Assembly: GCA_963715985.1 (NCBI GenBank)
Contig: CAVQSP010000010.1
Location: forward strand, 32,001 to 96,000
Length of the DNA stretch: 64,000 nucleotides
From: an uncultured Thermoleophilia bacterium
GTDB lineage: Bacteria; Actinomycetota; Thermoleophilia; UBA2241
Direction: 5' to 3'
The translations under genes were made by a program, and so were the position numbers. Under the pieces are notes generated by a model. The model saw nothing but the letters and a program-made list of their open reading frames with translations, had not been told where the DNA came from and did not search any database. Each line of letters starts with the position of its first letter. Positions within the stretch are counted from its first letter, which is position 1. Shown in pieces: positions 13,313-22,724 of this stretch.

Positions 13313-16009
13313 TCAGACGAGCTCGTGCAGGCGCTTGATGAGCGGCTCGAACTCGGGGCCGGTGAAGCAGTACTGGAGCTCGGTGAAGCGGCGCCGGAGC
13401 GCGATGACCGCCTCGCTCACGCGGGCCCCGTGGTTGACGACCGCCGCCATGAGTCCCGCGATCTCGCCGAAGTCCGCCGGCTCCATGCCGAACCGCGTCA
13501 TCTCGGCCACGCCGAGGCGCAGGGCGCCCGAGGCGGTGAAGCCCTCCTCGTCGGGCGCCGCCTGGTAGTTGCAGATGATGTTGTTGCCCTCGAGCAGGCC
13601 GGCGACCTCGGGGCCGCGCCCGTAGCCGACGCGCACGATCACCTGGTGCGTCTCGGTGAAGTCCACGGCCGGGTCGCCGGCCACGTCCAGCCCGGCCTCC
13701 TTGAGCGCCACGGCGAAGGCCTTGGCGTTGCGCAGGACGGCCTGCTGGTAGGCGTCCTTGAAGTGGTTCATCTCGAAGGTCGCCATGAGCAGGCCGAGCA
13801 GCGTGCCCAGGTGGTGGTTGCTCACCGATCCCGGGAAGGCACGGCGCTCGATGGCCTCCCAGAGGTCGTACTTCTCCTGCGGCTCCTCCCAGCGCCCGCC
13901 GATGAGGCCGCGCTGCGTGCCGAAGAAGGTCTTGTGCGTCGACCCGGTGACGAGGTCGGCGCCCTCACGGAACGGCTCCTGGAAGTGCGGCCCCACGAGG
14001 CCGAGCACGTGCGCCATGTCGTACATGAGCACGGCGTTGATGCCGGCGTCGTCGAGGAAGGTCCTGACTTCGTACACCGGCTCCGGGTGCAGCACCATGC
14101 TCTTGCCGAGGATGATGAGCTCGGGGCGCTCCTGCTCGATGAGGTCGAGGAGCGCCGGCACGTCCGGCTTGTACGGGTTGTCGGCGAGCACCGGGATGTC
14201 CACCACGGCCGGCAGTTCGGTGCGTGGGTCGCGGGCCACGTAGTCGCGCAGCGCGCCCATGGGCTGCGCGCTCAGGTGGCCGCCGCGGGCGATGTGGTTG
14301 TTGATCACCTTGGCGATGCGCCGCGGTTCGGCCTTGCGGTCGGCGCGGTTGAGGTAGTCCACCATCGCGCTGAACACGGCGGTGTTGGCCATCTGACCGC
14401 TGATGACGCGTGTCTCCACCTCCGGGCAGCCCAGGTAGGCGCGGAGCTCGTTGGCGAGCAGCCGCTCCACCTCGTGGATGAACCCGGTGCCCTGGTAGTA
14501 GAAGACCTCCTGGTCGTAGAAGGCCTCCGTCTTCTTGTGCTCGGCGTAGCGGAAGGACGGGTCGAGGGTGCTGAGCAGCCGGACCATCGGCGACGCCGTC
14601 ATCTCCGAAGGGATGAGGTCGATGCACTCGTCCTGGCGCCACACGTGGTTGGCCACGGCCAGGTTCAGGAGGCGAAGCGCCTTCTCGCCGGCCTCGCCTC
14701 CCTCGAGCTCGGAGAGCTGTGGCGTGTAGTCCCACACGATGGCCCGTGCGCACGGAGGAGCGTCGCTGCGCAGGTGGTAGGGCACCACGAGTCCGGGGAC
14801 GCGGCGGCCGCGCACGTCGAGCTCCACTTCGTCGTCCTCGACCACGCGGCTGTCCAGGTAGGCGAGGGCTATCGAGCGCAGGTCGTGCTCGTCCGTACGC
14901 GACGAGCAGAGCCCCTCGCCCTCCACGCCCCAGTAGGGCACGGCCGTGCCGCTGGTGACCCAGCCGAGGAGCTCGCCGTCCGGACGCAGGACCTGCGAGC
15001 CTTCGCGGGCGATGCCGCGCCCGGTCACGGCCACGGGCCGCGTGAGGCGTGGCAGGTCGTGGATCAGCGAGTAGTCGCGGGCGAGGATGCGCGCGTACGC
15101 GGCGTGCTGCAGCTCGAGCGCCGCACGCCCGACGAACTCACCCTTCAGCGGCGAGAAGCTGACCGCGAACGTGGCCAGCGGGCAGCTCATGATGGGGATC
15201 TCGTGGCCGTCGGGGTCGAGGCCGAGCTCGTGCCCGTACAGCGGCAGGCCGGCCTCGAGGCGCAGCGTGTCGCGGGCGCCGAGCCCCACGGGAGCGGCTC
15301 CTGCCTCCACCAGCGCGTCCCAGAGTGCCGGCCCGTGCTCGGGCGCCATGAACAGCTCGAAGCACAGCGGCTCGCCGGTGTAGCCGGTGCGCGCGATGCG
15401 TACCGGCACGGGGCGAGCCGTGCCGCCCGGACTCGGCACCTGCATGGTGGCGATGCTGAGCTCGTTGCGGAACGGATCCGGGAGCGTACCGGTCGCGATG
15501 AGGCCGGCGAGGATGTCCCGGGACGCCAGGCCCTGCAAGGCCAGCATGGCGATCTCGCCGGTCTCGTCGGTGAGCTCGACGTCCGGGAAGCCCTCCAGCT
15601 GCTCCTGGAAGTGCTCCCAGTCCTTGACCCGGTTGGCGGCGTTGACGACCAGCAGGTACTCGTCCTCCACGAAGCGGTAGAGGTAGGCGTCGTCCACCGC
15701 GCCGCCGGTCGGTGTGGGCACGATGGTGTACTGCGCCTGCAGGGGGTCGAGCGCCTCGGCGTTGTTGCTGAGCACGTGCTGCAGGAAGCGTGCGGCGCCG
15801 GGGCCGCGCAGCACGAAGCGGCCCATGTGCGACACGTCGAAGAGGCCCGCGCGGCTGCGGGTGGCGAGGTGCTCGGCGAGGATGCCGCCGGGGTACTGCA
15901 CCGGCATCTCCCAGCCGCCGAAGTCGACGAGTCTGGCCCCGAGCGCCACATGACGCCCGTGGAAGGGCGTGCGCAGCAGACCGGCGGCCTCGGGCGATGA
16001 GCCGCTCAC
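13313..16009 (-). CDS. Fusion of aminomethyltransferase GcvT (N-terminal) and serine hydroxymethyltransferase (C-terminal), 898 aa
   Basis: GcvT: LRTPFH, DFGGWEMP, FDVSHMG, RTGYTGE, GLGARDTLRLEAG. SHMT: LIPSE, SGQMAN, GGHLS, YDMAHVLG, GSTHKTFFG. One uninterrupted frame; GTG start overlaps the upstream stop. Confidence 0.92.
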   Translation of the reverse strand: MSGSSPEAAGLLRTPFHGRHVALGARLVDFGGWEMPVQYPGGILAEHLATRSRAGLFDVSHMGRFVLRGPGAARFLQHVLSNNAEALDPLQAQYTIVPTPTGGAVDDAYLYRFVEDEYLLVVNAANRVKDWEHFQEQLEGFPDVELTDETGEIAMLALQGLASRDILAGLIATGTLPDPFRNELSIATMQVPSPGGTARPVPVRIARTGYTGEPLCFELFMAPEHGPALWDALVEAGAAPVGLGARDTLRLEAGLPLYGHELGLDPDGHEIPIMSCPLATFAVSFSPLKGEFVGRAALELQHAAYARILARDYSLIHDLPRLTRPVAVTGRGIAREGSQVLRPDGELLGWVTSGTAVPYWGVEGEGLCSSRTDEHDLRSIALAYLDSRVVEDDEVELDVRGRRVPGLVVPYHLRSDAPPCARAIVWDYTPQLSELEGGEAGEKALRLLNLAVANHVWRQDECIDLIPSEMTASPMVRLLSTLDPSFRYAEHKKTEAFYDQEVFYYQGTGFIHEVERLLANELRAYLGCPEVETRVISGQMANTAVFSAMVDYLNRADRKAEPRRIAKVINNHIARGGHLSAQPMGALRDYVARDPRTELPAVVDIPVLADNPYKPDVPALLDLIEQERPELIILGKSMVLHPEPVYEVRTFLDDAGINAVLMYDMAHVLGLVGPHFQEPFREGADLVTGSTHKTFFGTQRGLIGGRWEEPQEKYDLWEAIERRAFPGSVSNHHLGTLLGLLMATFEMNHFKDAYQQAVLRNAKAFAVALKEAGLDVAGDPAVDFTETHQVIVRVGYGRGPEVAGLLEGNNIICNYQAAPDEEGFTASGALRLGVAEMTRFGMEPADFGEIAGLMAAVVNHGARVSEAVIALRRRFTELQYCFTGPEFEPLIKRLHELV

Positions 16010-17218
16010 GCCTCGGCCCAGCTCTTCAGCAGCCCGAGGCCCTCGCGGATCCGCTCGGTACTGATACCCGAGTAGGCGAAGCGCACGTAGCGCTGCTCCT
16101 CGCCGGGGAGCGCGCGGCCGAAGTGCAGGCGGGTGCAGAAGCTGACGCCCGTCTGCTCCAGCGCCGCACGCCGCAGCTCGTCGTAGGTCGAGAATCCCTT
16201 GCGCTCCATGAGCCCGGTCACGTTGGGATACAGGTAGAACGTGGCCCCCGGGCGGAAGCAGGCGATGCCGGGGATCTCGTTGAGGATGTCGACGGCGGCG
16301 TCGCGGCGCTCCCGGAGGATGCGCGACGATCTCGCGTGGCCCCGCCTGGTCGCCCGTGAGGCCCTCCAGGGCGCCGTACTGGACGAAGTGGTTGGAGCAG
16401 CTCTCGTCGTTGACGTTGAGCTTGGCGATCACGTCGGCGATCCACTGCGGCCCGATCGCGGCGCCCAGGCGCCAGCCGGTCATCGCGAACTTCTTGCTGA
16501 ACGTGTAGAGGATCAGACAGCGTTCCGCCATGCCGGGCAGGCTCGCCAGCGACCGGCTGGCGCCCGAGTAGCGGATGTCCCAGTACGCCTCGTCGCAGAG
16601 CACCAGCAGGTCGTTCCTCAGCGCGAACTCGGCGACGCGCTCCATCTCCGCCGGCGAGCTCTCCGCGCCGGTGGGGTTCTGCAGGTTGTTGAAGATGAGG
16701 ATCCGCGTGCGCGGCGTGACCTGTCGCTCCAGGGCGTCGAAGTCGAGCTCATAGTCCGCGTCGCCCTCCACGTAGCCGTAGGGCAGGGCGACGCCGCCGT
16801 TGAACTCGATCTGGCTCTCGTAGATGGGGTAGCCCGGATTGGGGTAGAGCACCTCGTCGCCGGGGTCCATGACGGAGAGGAGGAACTTGCCGATCACCGG
16901 CTTGCCGCCGGGCTCGACCACCACGTTCTGCGGGCCCAGCTCGAGCCCGCGAGAGGCGGCCACATCGGCGGCCAGGGCCTCGCGCAGCGGCATGATGCCG
17001 GCGTTCGGGCAGTAGCCGGTCTTGCCGTCGCGGATGGCCTTCTCCGCGGCGTCCACGATGTTCCGCGGTGTGGGCAGGTCCATGTCGCCGAGGTGGAAGG
17101 GGTAGACGGTGTGGCCGAGCGCCTGCCACTCGTTGGCCTCGGCCGAGACGGAGAACGCCGTCTCGGTGCCGAGACGGTCGATGCGAGCTGCCACGCGGTG
17201 GTCGAGTCCTGCGCCCAT
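16006..17218 (-). CDS. Class I/II PLP aminotransferase (aspartate aminotransferase-like; frameshift near 16327)
   Basis: NNLQNPTG, DEAY, TFSKKFAMTGWRLG, GATFYLYP, YVRFAY; AAGGAG RBS upstream of ATG 17218. Confidence 0.9.
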
Positions 17219-17242
17219 AGCACTCACTCCTTGAGCCAGAGA

Positions 17243-17272
17243 GGACAGGGTGATGGTCCCATCACCCTGTCC
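17243..17272 (-). terminator. Leader hairpin, probable riboswitch expression platform (attenuator)
   Basis: Perfect inverted repeat GGACAGGGTGATGG-TC-CCATCACCCTGTCC between the aptamer and the RBS. Confidence 0.65.
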
Positions 17273-17289
17273 GCCTGCGGGCTCGTGAG

Positions 17290-17420
17290 CCGCGTGCTCC
17301 AGGGGCCCGTCCGCTTGCGCTCCGTTGGCCTGAGAGATTCGGCGGCGCATCCGGCGCCATCCTTGCCCCTTCGGCGCCCGCCATCTCTTGCGAGCGGCGG
17401 GCTCTCGCGCCAGCATCCGC
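17290..17420 (-). ncRNA. Glycine riboswitch (single aptamer plus a probable ghost aptamer)
   Basis: Minus strand reads GGATG..GCGAGAG-CCCGCC..GGCGGG-CGCCGAAGGGGCAA..GAATCTCTCAGG..GGAC..CTGGAG, matching the glycine aptamer core; lies upstream of a gcvT-containing operon. Confidence 0.85.
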
Positions 17421-17784
17421 CGGGCGTCCTCGGTTGCCCCGAGCGTAGCACTCATGGGCAGCGCCGGGCAACGGGGGCGGGTGCAGGGTCAGCGGGACGT
17501 GGGGACGTCCAGCACCTCGACGTGCACGTGCGCCTTGTGGCGGATGGTGCGCAGCACGTCGATGGCCGCCTTGACGCAGTCCTCCAGGCCGGGCTCGGCG
17601 GCTTCACGGGGCAGGCCGACATCAGGTCGCGGCGCTCTGTGCGAGGATCGTCTCCCAGGCGGGCCTCCGTTCTATCCCCCGCCAGGCCGGGTCCGGCCCG
17701 TCACGTCCGGCTCGTGCGGGTGTAGGCTGCGGGGGCGCACGGGTCTTTGTCCGTCAGCTGTCCAGCTGTGCGCGGGGGTCGGAG

Positions 17785-18237
17785 ATGCACGCGGAAGAGC
17801 TCCGCTGGTTCAACGACTGGGTGGTGTCGTGGCCTGTCCAGGTCGCGGTCGCAGCCGCCCTCGTCGCCCTCGTGGTGATCGCCTTCGCGCGCTCGTCGCA
17901 GACGTTCGGTGAGGGGCCGGCGCGCACCCGGTTCCGCGTCGCCGTGGTGCTCCTGGGCGCCGCCCTCGTCCTTCAGGCGCTGCTCACGGCCGCGACCGGT
18001 CGCATGGTCACGCCGGTCTTGATCCAGGTGATCGAAGTGCTGTGGCTGTTCGCCTTGTGGCTCTACTACTTCTTCCGCCTGCTGACCGGACGGCGGAGCG
18101 GCAAGGGCGACCCCGAGACGCAGCGTCGCGGAGTCGCCCTGGACGACGCCATCTCCCGCTGCGGCCGCGACCGGGACGGACCGGAGGCCGGAGACGGCGA
18201 GCCGCGCTCCGGCTGCGCGGGCAGCGGCGCCCCCTGA
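17785..18237 (+). CDS. Hypothetical membrane protein (about 3 TM helices)
   Basis: GGAG just before ATG; three hydrophobic segments; GC3-rich codons. Confidence 0.6.
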   Translation: MHAEELRWFNDWVVSWPVQVAVAAALVALVVIAFARSSQTFGEGPARTRFRVAVVLLGAALVLQALLTAATGRMVTPVLIQVIEVLWLFALWLYYFFRLLTGRRSGKGDPETQRRGVALDDAISRCGRDRDGPEAGDGEPRSGCAGSGAP

Positions 18238-18313
18238 GCCCGGCGCCGCGCGAGGTCCCGGATGGGCCGGCGCCGGTGGCCCGCCCGCTCGACCTCCGAT
18301 AGACTCGCCTCCC

Positions 18314-19360
18314 GTGAGCGAAACGACCGACACGTCCGGCACGTCCTCGGAGGCCAGGCCTCAGCGCCGGCCGCGCGTGTTCAGCGGCATCCAGCCCTCC
18401 GGCAACATGCACCTGGGCAACTACCTGGGCGCCGTGCGGAACTGGGTCGCCATGCAGGAGACCCACGATTGCGTCTACTGCGCCGTCGACCTGCACGCGA
18501 TCACCGTGCGGCAGCAGCGTGCGGAGCTGCGGCGCAACACGATCGACCTGGTCAACCTGCTGCTCGCTTCCGGCATCGACCCCGAGCGCTCCATCGTGTT
18601 CGTGCAGAGCCACGTGGCGGCCCACACCGAGCTCATGTGGATCCTCAACACCATCACGTACATGGGCGAGCTGCGGCGCATGACGCAGTTCAAGGACAAG
18701 ACCGCCGGGCAGGAGGGCGAGAGCATCGGTGTCGCGCTGTTCGACTACCCCGTGCTGCAGGCCGCGGACATCCTTCTGTACCAGGCCGACGCGGTGCCCA
18801 TCGGCGAGGATCAGAAGCAGCACGTGGAGCTCACGCGCGACATCGCCATCCGCTTCAACAACGCCTTCGGCAAGGCCTTCGTCGTGCCCGAACCTATCAT
18901 CCGCGAGGGCGGGGCTCGGGTCATGGGCCTGGACGATCCCACGAAGAAGATGAGCAAGAGCTCCGGCTCCGACAACAGCTACATCGCCGTGATGGACCAG
19001 CCCGACGTGATGCGCCGCAAGATCAAGCGCGCCGTCACCGACTCGGGCACCGACGTCCGCGGCGGCCCGGACAAGCCGGCGCTCACCAATCTGCTCGACA
19101 TCTACAGCGCCCTGACCGGCGAGGCCGTGTCCGCCATCGAGCAGCGCTATGAGGGCAAGGGCTACGCTGACTTCAAGACCGATCTGGGCGAGGTGGTCGT
19201 AGAGGCGCTCGCCCCCATCCAGTCACGCATCCGCGAGCTCGAGGCCGACAAGAGCTTCACGCTCGAGGTGCTCCGCGCAGGGGCCGAGCGCGCCGAGGCC
19301 ATCGCCGGCCGCACGCTCGCCAAGGCGCGCGAGCGCATCGGGCTCGTCCCGCGCCCGTAG
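18314..19360 (+). CDS. trpS: Tryptophan--tRNA ligase
   Basis: SGIQPSG, HLGN (HIGH), YPVLQAADIL, GEDQ, KMSKS. Confidence 0.97.
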   Translation: MSETTDTSGTSSEARPQRRPRVFSGIQPSGNMHLGNYLGAVRNWVAMQETHDCVYCAVDLHAITVRQQRAELRRNTIDLVNLLLASGIDPERSIVFVQSHVAAHTELMWILNTITYMGELRRMTQFKDKTAGQEGESIGVALFDYPVLQAADILLYQADAVPIGEDQKQHVELTRDIAIRFNNAFGKAFVVPEPIIREGGARVMGLDDPTKKMSKSSGSDNSYIAVMDQPDVMRRKIKRAVTDSGTDVRGGPDKPALTNLLDIYSALTGEAVSAIEQRYEGKGYADFKTDLGEVVVEALAPIQSRIRELEADKSFTLEVLRAGAERAEAIAGRTLAKARERIGLVPRP

Positions 19361-19409
19361 GGTCCGCGCCCGCCGGGCGCCCGCCGACGCCAAGGCATCC
19401 GGAGGACCG

Positions 19410-20285
19410 GTGACCGCCACCACCGACCGCTACAGGAGCATCCGCACCGTCCTCTGGGGCGTGCTGGTGCTCAATCTCGCGGTGGCGACCGCGAAGCTCG
19501 TGTACGGGATCATCAGCCATTCGGCTGCCATGGAGGCCGACGGCTTCGCCTCGATGTTCGACGGGGCATCCAACGTCATCGGTCTGGTCGGCCTCTGGTT
19601 CGCGGCGCGGCCGGCCGACGTCGAGCATCCCTACGGGCACGCCAAGTTCGAGACCTTCGCCGCAGCGCTGATCGGCATCATGCTCGTGATCGCCGGCTAC
19701 ACGGTCGGCAAGGGCGCCGTCGACAGCCTCATGGGCCGCGGCGTGCCCACCGAGGTCACGTCGATCTCGTTCGGCATCATGCTCGGCACGCTCGCCGTGA
19801 ACCTCCTCGTCACCACCTGGGAGCGTCGCGCCGGCAAGCGCCTGAGCAGCGAGATCCTGCTCGCCGACGCCAGTCACACGCTGAGCGACGTGCTCGTCAG
19901 CTGCGGCGTCATCGTCAGCCTCATCCTCGTCAAGGCGGGCATCCAGCAGGCCGACGGCGTGGTCGCGCTCCTCGTCGCCGTCGTCATCCTCCGCACCGCC
20001 TGGGGCATCATGAGCGGCGTCCTGCACACGCTCGGCGACGCCGCCCGCCTGCCGGTGGACGAGGTCGCCGCAGTCGCCCGCCGCGTGCCCGGCGTCTCCG
20101 GCTGCCACGCCGTCCGCTCCCGCGGGCCCGAGTCGCAGGTGTACGTGGACCTGCACGTGCAGGTGGCGCGAGGGACCACGGTCGAGGTCGCACATGACGT
20201 GGCGCATGACGTCGAGGCGGCACTGCGCCACGAGTACGGCCAGATCACCGACGTGGTCGTGCACGTCGAGCCGGCGGAGCAGTGA
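19410..20285 (+). CDS. Cation diffusion facilitator (FieF-like) transporter
   Basis: PADVEHPYGH, LADASHTLSD, VDLHVQV, AHDVAH, VVVHVEP. Confidence 0.92.
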   Translation: MTATTDRYRSIRTVLWGVLVLNLAVATAKLVYGIISHSAAMEADGFASMFDGASNVIGLVGLWFAARPADVEHPYGHAKFETFAAALIGIMLVIAGYTVGKGAVDSLMGRGVPTEVTSISFGIMLGTLAVNLLVTTWERRAGKRLSSEILLADASHTLSDVLVSCGVIVSLILVKAGIQQADGVVALLVAVVILRTAWGIMSGVLHTLGDAARLPVDEVAAVARRVPGVSGCHAVRSRGPESQVYVDLHVQVARGTTVEVAHDVAHDVEAALRHEYGQITDVVVHVEPAEQ

Positions 20286-20388
20286 GGGCGCCGCGGACGC
20301 TCCGGCCCGCCTGCCGCGACCCGAGAGTGGCCCGCGCGGGGGCGAGCGCGTAGACTAGCGCACGCACCGAGGGTCCCCGGGAGGGCAC

Positions 20389-20859
20389 ATGATCTCCGAT
20401 GAGCTGATGAAGCGCAGAAACGCCGGCGCCATCATCGACAGGGCTGTCGACGCGATGGTCTCCGTCGACGTCATGAGAAAGCGCGCGATGCAGACGGTCG
20501 GCGATGAGTTCCCGCTCGTGTTCTGGACCGGCACGGGCCGCATCGTCGGTGCCGACGAGAAGACGCTCAGCCTGCTCGTGCGCGGGCTGCGCGCCGACTT
20601 CACGTGGGAGCGTCTCGGGGTCACCTGGCAGCGGCTGCTGGACAACCACACGCTGGACGTCGACGAGCTCGGCGGCGGTCACGACGCCGTGGGCATCGTC
20701 AGCATCTTCGCCCATCTGGCTGCCGGCGCTCTCGATGTGATCGACGAGGACGGCCTGCTGGTGGTCAAGAAGCGTCCCGACAGACCGATCCACCAGTACT
20801 CGGACATGAGCCGGCCCACCGCCTGGGCGCAGTGGCGGCGGGACATCCACGGCGACTGA
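20389..20859 (+). CDS. Hypothetical protein
   Basis: GGAGGG RBS; 156-aa ORF with coding-like codon usage; no recognised motif. Confidence 0.65.
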   Translation: MISDELMKRRNAGAIIDRAVDAMVSVDVMRKRAMQTVGDEFPLVFWTGTGRIVGADEKTLSLLVRGLRADFTWERLGVTWQRLLDNHTLDVDELGGGHDAVGIVSIFAHLAAGALDVIDEDGLLVVKKRPDRPIHQYSDMSRPTAWAQWRRDIHGD

Positions 20860-20893
20860 CGGCCGCCGAGGCATCGCCGTCTCGACCCTCGCC

Positions 20894-21793
20894 GTGATCC
20901 AGCTCTTACGAGACAGGCACGTCTTCAGCCTCTCGGCGACGGCTGAGCCTGCCGCGCGCGTCCCAGCCGGAGGCACCGTTTGCCTCGAGACCTCGGACTG
21001 CTTTGCCGACCAGGTGCGCTCGTCCTCCGATACGTCGGAGGGCGTCGACTGGGAGCACATCAATCCCGCGACGGGGCCCGTCTACGTGGATGGTGCGGAA
21101 CCCGGCGACGTACTCGCCGTCACCGTGGAGCGGATCGAGGTGGCGGACCAGGGCGTGATGGCGGTGAGCGCCGGTTTCGGCGTGCTGCGCGAGCACTTCT
21201 CGGGGACCTCGTTCCGCATCGTCCCGCTACGGGACGGCGCGGCGTTGCTGCCGGGCGGAGCCCGCGTCGCGCTGCGGCCGATGATCGGCGTCATGGGAGT
21301 CGCGCCGGTCGGCGAGCCGGTACCGTGCGGCTCGCCGGGACCGCACGGCGGCAACATGGACACGCAACTCATCGGGGAGGGCGCCACCGTGTATCTGCCG
21401 GTGGCGGCAGCCGGCGCTCTGCTGGCGGCGGGCGACCTTCACGCGGCCATGGGTGACGGCGAGATCAGCGGGACCGGGGTGGAGGTGGCGGGGCGCATCA
21501 CCCTGCGCGTGGACGTGCGCCGCGACCTCGCTCTCGTGAACCCGGTGGTCGAGACGCCGGAGGTCGTGGCGACCGTCGCCTCGGCCGTGACGCTGGACGA
21601 GGCCGCGGACCTGGCGACGCGAGACATGGCCGAGCTGCTGCGCGCGCGCCTCGGCCTCTCCATCGGCGACGCCACGATGCTGATGAGCGCTGGAGGTCAG
21701 CTGCGGGTGTCGCAGGTCGTGGATCCTCTCAAGACGGCGCGCTTCGAGATGTCCAAGGAGATCCTGGCGTGCTTCGCCACCACCCTTTTGTGA
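20894..21793 (+). CDS. Acetamidase/formamidase (FmdA/AmdA) family protein
   Basis: NPATGPVYVDGAEPGD, PMIGVMGV, HGGNMD, GDLHAAMGDGE, SQVVDP. Confidence 0.92.
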   Translation: MIQLLRDRHVFSLSATAEPAARVPAGGTVCLETSDCFADQVRSSSDTSEGVDWEHINPATGPVYVDGAEPGDVLAVTVERIEVADQGVMAVSAGFGVLREHFSGTSFRIVPLRDGAALLPGGARVALRPMIGVMGVAPVGEPVPCGSPGPHGGNMDTQLIGEGATVYLPVAAAGALLAAGDLHAAMGDGEISGTGVEVAGRITLRVDVRRDLALVNPVVETPEVVATVASAVTLDEAADLATRDMAELLRARLGLSIGDATMLMSAGGQLRVSQVVDPLKTARFEMSKEILACFATTLL

Positions 21794-21835
21794 GGGCGGG
21801 ACGGAACGCCGCACGCCCTCTGCTGGAGGTTCCCG

Positions 21836-22711
21836 ATGACCACTGACTACGGCGCCCAGAGCATGACCGCCCCTCTCAAGAGGGTCGTGATGCGGCGGCC
21901 CGGCGAAGACATGGCCGCCGCCGACCCGGCCGCGTGGCACTACACGGCGCCGATCGACCTCGAGCAGGCGCGTGCGGCGCACGACGCCTTCGCGGACGCG
22001 CTGCGCGCCTGGGGCGTCGAGGTGCTGTACCACGACGAGCCGCTGCCGGGGCTCGCCGACGGCGTGTTCGTCTTCGACCCCGCCCTCGTCACCGACCGCG
22101 GCACCGTGCTGCTCAGCATGGGCAAGGAGAAGCGCCGCGGCGAGGAGGAGCCACTGGGCCGCACGCTGCAGGCCTGCGGCGTGCCGCTGTACGGGCGTCT
22201 CGAGGGTGACGCCCGCGCCGAGGGCGGCGACACGCTGTGGCTGGACCACGACACGCTCGCAGTAGGGCGCGGCTTTCGGACGAACGCCGAAGGCGTGCGC
22301 CAGCTCCGCGGCCTGCTCGGCCCGCTCGGTGTCACGGTGGTGGACTACGACCTGCCGTTCTTCACGGGCCCAGAGGCCTGCCTGCACCTGCTCAGCGTCG
22401 TCAGCCCGGTGGACGACGACCTCGCTGTGGCGTACCCGCCGCTCATGCCTACGGCGTTCTGGGCGGAGCTCAAGCGGCGCGGCGTGCGCCTGCTGGAAGT
22501 CCCGGAGGGGGAGTTCCTCCACACGCAGGCGACCAACGTGCTGTGCGTGGCTCCGCGCCGCTGCGTCATGCTGCAGGGCAGCCCTGTGACCCGTCAGCTC
22601 CTCGAAGAGGCCGACTGCGAGGTCGTCACCTTCCCCGGGGAGCCGCTCTCCTTCAAGGCCGAGGGCGGGCCCACCTGTCTCACGCGCCCCGTTCTGCGCG
22701 ACGCCTCCTGA
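21836..22711 (+). CDS. Pentein-fold amidinotransferase / dimethylarginine dimethylaminohydrolase-like enzyme
   Basis: DGVFVFDP, RRGE, EGGD, CLHL, GGPTCL (catalytic Cys-His-Asp set). Confidence 0.88.
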   Translation: MTTDYGAQSMTAPLKRVVMRRPGEDMAAADPAAWHYTAPIDLEQARAAHDAFADALRAWGVEVLYHDEPLPGLADGVFVFDPALVTDRGTVLLSMGKEKRRGEEEPLGRTLQACGVPLYGRLEGDARAEGGDTLWLDHDTLAVGRGFRTNAEGVRQLRGLLGPLGVTVVDYDLPFFTGPEACLHLLSVVSPVDDDLAVAYPPLMPTAFWAELKRRGVRLLEVPEGEFLHTQATNVLCVAPRRCVMLQGSPVTRQLLEEADCEVVTFPGEPLSFKAEGGPTCLTRPVLRDAS

Positions 22712-22724
22712 GGGACGCCGAGCC

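Noticed and set aside
13217-16000. Long antisense and off-frame ORFs (e.g. 927 aa here; also 5372-7387, 36396-37967, 41483-43309)
   Set aside because: Shadow ORFs expected from high GC3 codon bias opposite well-supported genes
13313-17455. Apparent 1380-aa aminotransferase-GcvT-SHMT triple fusion
   Set aside because: The aminotransferase C-terminus is in a different frame (stop at 16006), and the joining segment is off-frame junk from an indel near 16327. The N-terminal extension is the riboswitch leader
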